Shown in pieces: positions 53,401 to 64,000 of a DNA stretch of 64,000 nt (positions are counted from its first letter, which is position 1; every line of letters begins with the position of its first letter). The stretch spans positions 1,338,751-1,402,750 of the forward strand of contig JBNZDD010013687.1 in assembly GCA_050575255.1 (NCBI GenBank). The letters run 5' to 3'. The notes below the pieces were generated by a model. The model saw nothing but the letters and a program-made list of their open reading frames with translations. It did not search any database and was not told where the DNA came from. The position numbers and the translations under genes are program-made. This DNA is from Harriotta raleighana (Eukaryota).

Positions 53401-55899
53401 TTTTAAAATAAAAACTCCCTCCCCCCCACCCCACCCCTCTCCCTCCTCTTTAATTATCCTAAGGAGGTGCCCAGAGTGGAAAACAGTAACAAAGGCTGCA
53501 CCACCTCCGCAGGATGTGGCAACTGTTCAACTCAAGTGACAGGACATACAGTACGTGCACAATAAGAGCTCTGCAGATTCTATGCATTAAAAAGTTATGC
53601 TGACAGGGAAATGTTCATAATAATGGGATCTAAAAGGGCACTTGTTAGGCTGACTCAAACAATCTCTAGCCACAACAAGGATCCACTCATAAAGCAATGT
53701 GATACTAGGTTCTTGATAAGGAATCTCTGTCGACTCGCATGAAGTTTGCTCTGGAACTACGTCATGTTGGATGTTCCTGGAGCTTGGTGTGAAGGTACTT
53801 CCGGTTACTGTTTGTGTAGCAGATTTATTAATAAGGAATTCCATTGGGAAGTTCCACAACATAAATTCCAATGCTCAAAATAACAAAGTTATGTGCCACA
53901 GTGGGTATACTACAATAGGAATTTTGTAAGGAAAAATTAATCAAGTCTCATCATTGCCCACACATTGTTTGACATTATGTGGAAGCACTGGAATCAAGAG
54001 TTAAAAACGAAGAATCCAATGGTTTCCTTCCACTCTCTGGAAGACTGGTTCTAACAATCGGGATGGAGAAATTCTGACAAATGAGATACATACTCAGAGG
54101 AGATGGCTCCACCAGGGGCAGGCATGGAGCAGTACAGGTGCAGCCAGCTGGCAGCCCTGCCTGCGGCTGTTCTGAACCATTATGTAGCCCTCAGTAGGCC
54201 TTTGAGAGCCATGAGCCAAGAGCGACTGCAGCACTAGAGATCTCTGATAGCGATTCAGGTCCATCAGGATTAGTCACAGATACACGAAGCACGCCAGATG
54301 TATCCCCTATATGTCCACAGTTGGTTAGACTCCGTTGCTGCTCCTTCAAATGCTATCATGGTTTTAGTCAATCAGGCAACGCAGTACAATGACAGGAGCT
54401 TCCCCAACTTAATTTTTTTCACAAAATAAAGGAGATGAAGGAATTTATTTCATGATTCCACAAGATGAAAATAAAAACAGCTGATAAGGAAAATATGAAT
54501 ACGAATATAGAGATAGCTATAAGGAATCTGATATTATCCAAATACAGGACTAACTATCCTGTAGGGTGTCAACATGCAGTGACAATCAAATCATTTATGT
54601 GATGTCCTTCACCAATTTTACGACTCCGCAGTATCAGTGATGTGTCATTCAAATATCGATGCATCAGCTTTGGGGTTATAGGGCATCAGGTGCCAATGTT
54701 TTGTTGTATATTTTGACAGAATTGAAATGGCATTCGTGGTGATGTGATATTAGAGTGTACCAGAGTAGACGTAACCAATTTGTATCGAGACCATCGGGGA
54801 AGCCGGACCAGACAAAAAGTTTGCCGTGTGATGTACGCATAGGTATCCATGGAGACTGTAACAAAATCAGCTTGATGGGTTAGAGTGCTCATGTTTGCTC
54901 AAACGCCCTGTCAGACACTAAACAAAGAGAGACTTAAACTACAGGAGTGTAACCTCACAGTCTTGCTGTCTGGTCATTTACTTCTGTTTGTGCAGTATTA
55001 AAAGTCATGTCAGAAATGGATATGGACATTTCTGGCATGACTTTACACACTGCACTCACAGAAGTGATCCATCACTGCAAAAACTAAAGGAATGGCGAGA
55101 GGAAGACTATTACATTCTCAAGATTGTTCCCAAGTCAGTGATTTTGGAAACCAATGTTGCATTTTTTTTTCCTGAAGCAGCTTTAGAAATCTGGAGTACA
55201 CCAGTCGTCATTTAAAAACGGAGTAGTGTGACTGTGAGGCCACGCTCCTGTAGATTAGATCTCTCTTTGTTTCGATTCTGACAGGGTACTAAGGCAAACA
55301 TTAGCACTTTAACCTATCGAGCTGAGTTTTGTCAGGAGTTTCCATGTGCATTTCACAGGTCATAGTTTTCTTTGGCTTCCAGTGGCCTGAGATCCACAGC
55401 TCTAGCAGATACCTCCGCAGGCTCCGTCAGCAATCAAATCAAAAGCAAAGAAAGTGAACAGATTTGCCACCCTTCACGTAATGCCATTATGTGACAAGTA
55501 CTGGTGCGGAATTGGGAAGCTCTGAAGTGTTTCATGATGAACTTTAGCTGTGTAAACAGCAGGGGGAGAGAAAAAGGATAATTCTTTAATAGAATTAGAA
55601 ATTGTACAAACGTATCAGCGGCCAATTTGCAAAGCTGTCTAATGACGTTATGTACATAGCCCGAATCCAAATAAATAAAATACCAAAATTACATGAAATA
55701 ACTAGGAGGCTAAATACTGATGCTCGGAAAGGTTAGAGTATAGTATTCTAACACTTCAACATTTTGTATATGGTTCATTACTGTTTGTTTAGGTGCATCC
55801 CTCTGTTCAGAGATTTGTTTTGGTTGCTGGTAGCAACCAAAACAAATTAAGCTTTGATTCAGAACTCATACAAATTACAGAACTCTTAAATCATCTGTC

Positions 55900-55969
55900 C
55901 AGCGCCTTGGGACATCCTCCTGACGTGAAACGCGCTCTATAAATGTAATTTTGTTGTTGTTGTTGTTGT
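55900..55969 (+). mobile_element. Young L2 3' tail-only insertion
   Basis: agcgccttgggacatcctcctgacgtgaaacgcgctctataaatgtaatt followed by (ttg)n. Confidence 0.85.
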
Positions 55970-56504
55970 AGAATGTGTAAGTGGCGTGCAGCATCTCGGA
56001 CCATTGTTTGTCCTGAATGTACATCTTCTCGATACACTGAAACAACGTATACTTGAAACTATACACCAGAGCTGTCAACAACAGAAAAGTGATGGGAGTG
56101 GTGTCTGTGATCGGCAGGAATGACAAGATTGCTAACCCAGCTAAATATAATCAGGCCGCATTGGATGGTAACACGGATGTGCATCAAAATTCTACGGGCC
56201 ACAATTTTATACACATTAAACGATTGTCACCCTTAATGAACGCGTCATTCCAAAAGCGTAAAACTTGGCTGGTCTGCATATGCATTTTGTGTGCATTATC
56301 CAGGGTACCGTAAAAATGCTTTGCGCGAACAGATCTCAGGACAGCAGGAACCGGGTTTGTGCTTGACCAGTTTAGGCATTAGGGAAAACAACATGTATTT
56401 TGTGTTCAGGGGAATCTGTCGAGTAAATGTAACCGCTGTAGGTTCTTTGCGGACAGAATGAAATTTGCGTGCACGATATACTTCAGATCTGTGGTAGTTA
56501 GGCT

Positions 56505-56700
56505 TCAAATGTAGTGACGGTGCATTTGTAGGTGAATGTGGCTGTCACTTTGCACTATAAAGTAATGTCCCACAAACAGCCAAGATATGAACGAGCAATT
56601 TTATCTGGAAGATTGTATTGGCCAGGACACCGGGAAAAACGACCTTCTCTTTTTGATTAGTGGGAAGGGAATTTTTAATGTCCGCCTGAACAGGCAGATG
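56505..56700 (-). mobile_element. Deu-domain SINE fragment
   Basis: tcccacaaacagc...attggccaggacaccgggaaaaac...ggaatttttaatgtccgcctgaacaggcaga is the reverse of the Deu core. Confidence 0.7.
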
Positions 56701-57589
56701 GAAGTTAGTGGATATCAGTTAGAATTCTGTGCATCTTTGTAGGCAATTATGTCACCCGAGTGAGGGAGTGAAAACACTTCTGCCTGTGATTGTTTGCCCT
56801 GGGAGATGTGCATAAAGTCCGCCCCCAATTCAACCAATGCAGATCAGGTCAGCAACTATTGGAATAGTTGGGCCCCACAGGATGTGCAGCACAAAAGTAG
56901 TTGAGGGGTCATCGGCAGACAATGTAGAGACAACAGGAGCCTCCCAACAGGATCACTGACCTTCCCAAACCATTAGTACCAATCTGTAGCATCTCACTAC
57001 AAAAGCATTTATTATTGGTTTCTTTCCTTTTATCAGCTCTCATTGGGGGCGGGGGAGGCAGGAGAGGAGTCCCAAACAAGATGAACAGAGCTGAGCACCA
57101 TAAAACATGAATACACGAAGAACCAAACTCTCGCATCACTTTTCGTGGCGTTCAGAACTTCTGTGTTGCCTCAATCTGTTCGGTGCTGTAACATCAGCAC
57201 AGCAAGTATGGTACGGAGTGCAGCTAGAGTAGATGCACTTCCTGAGTGATTTCTATCTTTGGCACTAACCTCTGGTGAAATTCCCCTCTGTGTTCTCAGT
57301 CTGCATTTGGCGGCTCCATACACTGTGCGTGCATTTAGTTTAGTTCCAACGGGACTTATGTGCTATTGCAATGGCTGGAAATGTTTCCGTGCTTGTGCAA
57401 AAATATTAATCTGGCTGCTGTTCACATCCAGGCAGAGGCCAAGATGATCCTCATGTAATCCACACTTAATCCAGTCCATAAGACTCTAAATTAGGATGCT
57501 TCCTTACCTGACTGGGGCCTACGCCTTGTTGAACACACATGCAGGCAAACAACATGTTGAGTATGTGTATGTTCAACTGCATGTTGAGT

Positions 57590-57648
57590 GTGGGACATCG
57601 TCCTGACATGTAAGGCGCTCTATAAATATAATTTTGTTGTTGTTGTTG
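57590..57648 (+). mobile_element. L2 3' tail-only insertion
   Basis: tgggacatcgtcctgacatgtaaggcgctctataaatataatt followed by (ttg)n. Confidence 0.8.
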
Positions 57649-58214
57649 CTGTATTAGCCTGGACAAGTGCCCAACAATGAAATGAGACACTCAAGCCTGT
57701 ACTGAAGCATATAGGCAGTCTGTGCCCCAGTATGTGTACTTTAAACTCTACAGGGGAATGTTGTGCCCCTCATGTATATTTACATTTCCAAACTTCAATG
57801 AATCTTGGATAATGGTGATATATTCTGCTGCACAACCCCTTAGTCTGGGGTTAAGTTGGTCAGTAAAGAAATGAGAAACAGCAGGTACACAATGGGGAAT
57901 AATGGAATAAATTAGATATCCCCATTGTTCATCACTCTGTACTCAATTTATACCATATGTGATATTAAAATAATCTTTCATATACTTCTAATCTCTGCTT
58001 CCCACAGCAATGATTTGGGCTGGGAGCTGTAATATCAGCCAGGATGCCATGCTCAGATGTTATGCAGAACTATCTTGTACACATTATGGATTTGGCTGAA
58101 GTATAAAGGCTTTAGGTCAAACAATATTTAATGCAGTTGTAGCTGATTATTGTTTTTAGGAGAGGAAACAACGTGAGGTTAAAGAAAAGTATGAGCTTTG
58201 ATATATTGTCTGCC

Positions 58215-58760
58215 TGGCTCACTTGGTAGTACTTTTACCTCGGAGTCAGAAGATTGTGGGTTCAAGTCCTGTCTTCGTTGTTAAACAGCCATTCTGAGCC
58301 TCTGAACCCAGTCTAGACAGGCACTTTATTGCAGTGTTGGAGGAGTGCTGCATTCAATGTTCCAAGATGCTAGCCTCGTCTGAAGGGCACTCAGTGTATG
58401 CAAGTTGTTATTGCATTGTTGGAGATGCCAGACTGCAGATGAGACATAAAACCCAAGTTCCCGTCAGCCTCTTTAGCTAGACGTTAAACCTGTCTGCTTG
58501 TTTAGATGGAAGAATTATTATTATTGTTTAAGATCCCATGGAAGTATAGAAAAAGAGCAGGGAGATTCTCCCGTCTTCTTGGCCTACCATCCCCCAAATA
58601 AAATTGAGTGTTCACTTTATGCCAGTCTATGGGACACTGCTGGGCTTAAGGGGCTGCCATGTCCAGCAGCAGTTATTACATTCACAGTAATAAATCCTGG
58701 GAAGCTCTTTGAGACATGTCCTCTAGGTCCTATATCAAATGCATGGCTTAATATTAAGCA
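58215..58760 (+). mobile_element. Near full-length Deu-domain SINE (SacSINE1-like)
   Basis: A box TGGCTCACTTGG 58215-58226, B box GGTTCAAGTCC 58259-58269, Deu core gatgagacataaaacccaag...agatcccatgg...aagagcagggagattctccc...tggcc, degenerate L2 tail. Confidence 0.8.
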
Positions 58761-61700
58761 AAGGTGAATTTTATTGTTTTATTGTTTTACTATTTGATTA
58801 CTTAAATAACAGGCTGGAATTGTGTTTTTTTTAAAAAAAACTGAAATGGTAATAAAGAAGAAACCATTAAACAGGTTCAAAAGTTAAGAGCAGTAAATTA
58901 AAAAGGGATAAAAATGAAGAACAAGGGACCTGTTATATTTGCTTTTAAAAGTCCCGTGGTATGGATATCAGTGGCATGCAGAGGAAGACAGCAGCTTGGC
59001 AGGCACAACGGAAGCTGGGGAAGGAAAGTGGCACTGTTGAGAGGAAATGGTGGAATGCAAACGAGAGCACTGACATGAAAAAGGATTTAAAGGAAGGAGT
59101 CTGCAGAGGGAGTTAAGCAATGGCAAGGTTCTGGTTTGTCCACAGAGCTGTGGAGGTCATAAAGCACAGGAACCAGGTTTTGAGACCGTCAGACTGATGC
59201 CGGACATAAAAATACACGGTGGAATCTTGGGAGCTCACGATCATTGTAGAACACATTCCATTTTAAGGTCACCTTCCCTGTGAGATTCATTAAAATGCAG
59301 AGAAACTACCCTGCCAACCAAACTCAGTTGCTACGCTGACAAGGCCGTGGTAACCTGAAGAGGTAGAGAAGATGGCAAAAGGCATCAACTGGTCTGTAAG
59401 AGTTGAAGGGCCATTTGAGCTTCCCGATGAAAGTGTCATGATTGATGAAAACATTAAGCTAATCAGCTGGTGCTGTTTGCTGTCAGCTATATAATCAGAA
59501 GATGGACACAGTTTAATGGGCTGGCAGGGGGGAAACTGAAAGTGCTCTATGTAGATGAGAACATTTTGACTTGCTGGCAACTGTCACCTGTAAATTGCAG
59601 TAAGAAATAGGGTCTGTTTTTGTTTCTGTACCCTCCGTACATCTGCTAATACTGATACAGCTGCTTTTCTCATTCTTAAAGAAGATGAAGTATGAAAGTT
59701 GTGGCAGATATTGATCTAAAACAGGAAGTGTGCGGAAGAATTATCAGACCACAAAATGTCAGTTCTTTCCATCCTGCAGCAGACAGCAACATAAGAGGTA
59801 AAGAATTGTTGAGTCATTATGGTCCCAAACAAATTCTGCTGTATTTTATCAGGAAAGCCAAAGCCAAAAAGATAGTAACAGTTTCACAAAATCTTTCCAA
59901 TTTTAGCATTAACTTTCTATTCTATGCCAAATTCTACATATTTGTTGCAGCTTGGAACAAAACCTTGATCTTTTACTTATCTACGTTAAGTTACTCTCAC
60001 CAAATTCAAGGTGGGAGCTACTTGCAATATCCTGAACATAATAAAAGTTGATGGGGCTGAGATTAGCATTTCTTAAGTAGACACTATATACTTGCAGTGG
60101 TTAACTTTGACTGGGTTTCACAAACATGCAAAGTGTAATTTATACACAATACGCTTTCAGAATAGTTCAATCTCATGAAATGGTTCAGTGCCATTTCTTA
60201 CCAAATGTCCTACAAAAGTGATGTTTTACAAGTCACAAAGGGGTAAAGAGAGCCTGTAATGCATATAGCATCGCACTCTCACACAGAGCACATCTGAAAC
60301 AGCTTTGAATGGCATTCATACTCAACTGCCCTCTGTGGGTGAGTTTCATTAGAGTTTATTCCAAATGGTTGTGGACAGCAACTAAAAGGGAAAATAGCGA
60401 AAGATCAGCACAGATTTAAAAACAACTAAATTTATTAAAACAAAGCTGTTTAGGATTTCTTCTGCTTTCTTATTTAAAAAAATAAAGCTCATAAATAAAT
60501 CTCGATACGCAACAATAGTTTTCTAATTCTTTTTATTTTGGCACTTAGATTCAGATGGTCTGCAAAATAAAAGGGTTTGAAACAGAACCTTGTTGACAAA
60601 CAATGGGAGGATGAGAGAGCAGGAAAACTGCCCCTAGCCTGAGGCAGGGTGACAACCGCATGTGCATTCATGTTCTCAATGAGTGTGGAAAACAGCAGTA
60701 CAAGCATCCTCCGAAACCTCTCCTCACAACCAACGAGAGTGCCTGATCAGACAATACTGAACAATCAACATTGCAACGCTGCAAATCCCCTTTCTGCACT
60801 CGCAACCTCCGTAGGATGGCGGGAATCAGGATGCATTTGTTTGTAACTTTTGGAGAAGATCATAAAAGGCTCCAATCATAATCAGCCCTATGGTTCCAAC
60901 ACTACATCTTAATCAATCTTCTGTTAACCTCGCTGAGCTTAACATAACAAGACTGACTAGTCTCACATGCAATACAAAGCTATCTTAAAAGACGTGGGTG
61001 AATTGGGAAATTTAGAAGTAGGAAAATATTACTTATACATGAATGTTGCTCTATCAGGGTGTGGGGGAAACAAAGTGTTAATACTTGCTAAGGATTGACA
61101 GCAAAGCGACTTTCTCCTACGGATCTTCGTGTCTTATGATGAAGCAAAATATAGAATGATTACTCGGAATGGAAAGCTCGGAGGTGAAAGGATGTAGTTT
61201 GCGAGGAATAACTTTAGCCCTTTTGATAAGGCAAACAACTCTAATTGGTTCAAATAATAAACAGAGGGAGGCTAAGAAAAAAAATCAGAAGAATTGCACT
61301 AAAGCTGGCTGTTCACCAGAACAGGATGCCTTTGTACAATTCACATCATTTTCAATTTTAAATTACCATCTAAAGGGCAGAGTGCATCCTTGAAAATTAG
61401 TCTGCTCTCTAATTAATGCACTCCAACATGACAATGAGTACAGTTTCAGCATGGCTGGGCAGGCCAGTCAAGCAAGAGGAAGTGACTGAAGGACTTGGAG
61501 AGACTATCCCTCCACCTCTTTCTTCTGTTCACAGAAGCTTAAGTCCAATTAGGCCAGTTAATCTGCCTAAGACCACTGGAGGGGCAGAGTATTAGAAAGT
61601 TTGACAGCAACTGAGGAGACAAACACAAAAGGCAAGTTTACTTTCAGCAGGAGCCAGCAGCCAAGAATTTCCCTTTACCCGGCAGTAAAAGTGTCTATAG

Positions 61701-64000
61701 GTCACTAAACAGAGGTGCTTCAATACACTACAAGATCTAAACTGCACATCTATTCTTAAAAATAACTTCTGTTTCTTTTCATGCCTCACTGATCTAATTT
61801 ATTAATTTTTTTAAAAAAAAAGTCTCCTTAGCATTGTGACTTCAGCCACTCAAACACGCATGCTTCCTTTCTCTGTACCCTTCTCTCTACCACAGCACAG
61901 CCCACAGAATTAGAGTTTTGTTTGCTTTGCAAAAATAAATGCAGTTATAAAAAGAACTAAACTGATAATCCCTTTGGTCCCAAGTACTGAGCACGATTAT
62001 TTGAAAAGCCATCTTGTAGGAGAAAATACAAAATACTATTAGCCACAAATTAATTTGGGCAGATGGTAGTCTTCTTCAGTCAGAGATGTCAGCAGGCAGC
62101 ACAACAATGATGTATGCTGATGCTGCAAAGTCCAGGCTATGACCTGAGCAAAACAGCCCCTTTTAAAATCAATGTAAACCAAGGGTATGTTAAAACAAAC
62201 ACTGACTGCAGCTTTGCAGCTATAAGGTAAACTGATGATTCCTGTATTGAAGTACCGTAATAGTTTACTACTATAGTCCTCAACTGCAGTCAATATTTGT
62301 CAAATGTCCACACTACATACAAAGAACTGCCAAATCCCATTCAAATAGCATCAGTTTTTCAACCCATATTGTTTTTTTTAGAACACTTTGTCTCTGTGTT
62401 TGGTTTGTGTTCTCATTTGTTCAGGTGTTAACTTTGTGTTTTATCCAAATCAATTGGAAATGAAAAGCAAAAATAAAAATGAGATAAGGGAATGTTTCCT
62501 ACATTCAACGTTTATTTTGCTGGTTATGTTAGTATTCCTCCTAATTGCAGATCAAATGGTTAAATGTCAAAACTGATATTAAGCCCACGTCTTTGCCACA
62601 GCGCACAAACCTTTTTGAAGATCTATTTTCGATCAGCCCACTTCCAGTCATGGCTGCATGATTCAGCTTTTTCAAAGAAAAGGTTTGATGGTCCTCTCTG
62701 GCAAAACTGATTGAATGCCTGACATTACTGGGAATTGGGGCTTGGTTCAGAGGACAAATGACACATAGCAAAGATGAAAATATGGACGGAAAATAACATC
62801 TAACTGAACCGGTCTGGTTTGATAGTAGATCAAAAGAAACACTGGAAAAACGCTCTAAGTATCGCAGACATAGATTCCCTCACCCTTCTCTGGTTGCGAA
62901 CGTTGCTTGTTGTAACTAGTTTGAGCGAATTACGTATTATTGCAATTTTTAAAAATTTCATTAGTGTATGTTAATCGCTGCCTAAGGTAAAGCAACAGAA
63001 ACAGCTATTGCTAAGTACATTGAAGAATTGGAGGCAATCACAGAAATTACTCAAGTATTACAGCAGATGTGATTTTGGAATGCAGTCATTTGATGTTTTT
63101 CAGAAGTAAGCATCGATTTTTTTTTAACTTGGCAAGCAAAGATTGACAGTGTGTTATTTTCATCCTTTATCCCCGTCTGATAGTAAGAGAAAATCAATGA
63201 ACATATTTGCAAATGGATCCTTCTCTTTTTTTAAAAAAAACAAAAAGTCTGAACCTATTTGCTTGAAAATGACATGTTCTGGTAAAACAGTAATTTTCTT
63301 TGGGTTTTTTTCCCTCAGCCAAGTAAAAACCACAGTACAAGGTAATTAATTTACTGCACACATTGCTGAGAGCGATGCCTGCTGTTTGGTGACTGATCTA
63401 TAGATTATACTAATGACATCAATAGCTTTCTGACCAAATCTGAACTCAAAAGTCATTTTTATCACCTGTGACAGAAAATTGCCGCGGTTTTTTCTCTCCG
63501 AAATTCAGCAAGGAAATCCGAATGTAACCCTTTCAGTGCCAAAAAATTTCCCCTCAAAATTAAGCCAAGCTGTCGCTTGCCTTAGTGTCTTTCCATTTGG
63601 CGTCAATGAATTATTTTTCCGCAATTGTCAAATTCTAAAATGGTGGAGTTTAATATGCAATTAGTTAATAAGAAATCTTAGCGGGGCCTCCTTTCAGCGA
63701 CCAGAATTACATCACGTACGTCTCGCTGAGCTGCCTGCACAAACTCCTCAAAGCACGCAGACCACTTCAGAGCGGAGTTCCTGTGGGTTGGCGTGATTTA
63801 TGCCCAGTTTCCTTTTTAAGGAATCCAGTTAGAAATGGCGCATATCAAACCCCCGTTTTCAAAAACGATTCAACGAGGTACAAACCTGACTGAAATAACA
63901 AATGGAACTAATTCTAACTTAACTTTACAAAAGCCTAACTAATAGCAGCCCAACATTACTGCCATAGCAACAGCAATTGGTTGAACACAATAGGCTGATG

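Noticed and set aside
188-63664. The 60-145 aa ORFs of the supplied track as standalone genes
   Set aside because: Lengths are as expected by chance; many lack a true ATG; the only recognisable ones are transposon relics.

Overview
AT-rich, CpG-depleted, gene-poor vertebrate genomic DNA, intronic or intergenic in character. The repeat complement points to a cartilaginous fish, possibly a holocephalan (inference). It comprises shark-type CR1 LINE 3' ends, L2 tails with (TTG)n, tRNA-headed SINEs with L2 tails, Deu-domain SINEs and a Penelope-type fragment. None of the listed ORFs is a complete gene; those with recognisable motifs are decayed transposon proteins (CR1 EN/RT, L2, Harbinger transposase). 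Several minus-strand segments have exon-like splice signals (cluster at 19.9-20.4 kb; singles at 40.8, 46.4 and 54.8 kb) and may be 3' exons of a large gene I cannot identify. Most notable items: a degenerate minimal type I hammerhead ribozyme (45.6 kb), a candidate 5' splice site locked in a perfect 10-bp hairpin (40.76 kb), a long-range inverted-repeat system (26.4-26.8 kb) and a 1.39-kb A-tailed block bounded by an exact 21-bp direct repeat (29.6-31.05 kb). A 1198-bp duplication around a single N is almost certainly an assembly artefact. No CRISPR array, rRNA or genuine tRNA gene was seen. All family assignments are from motif recall, not database searches.
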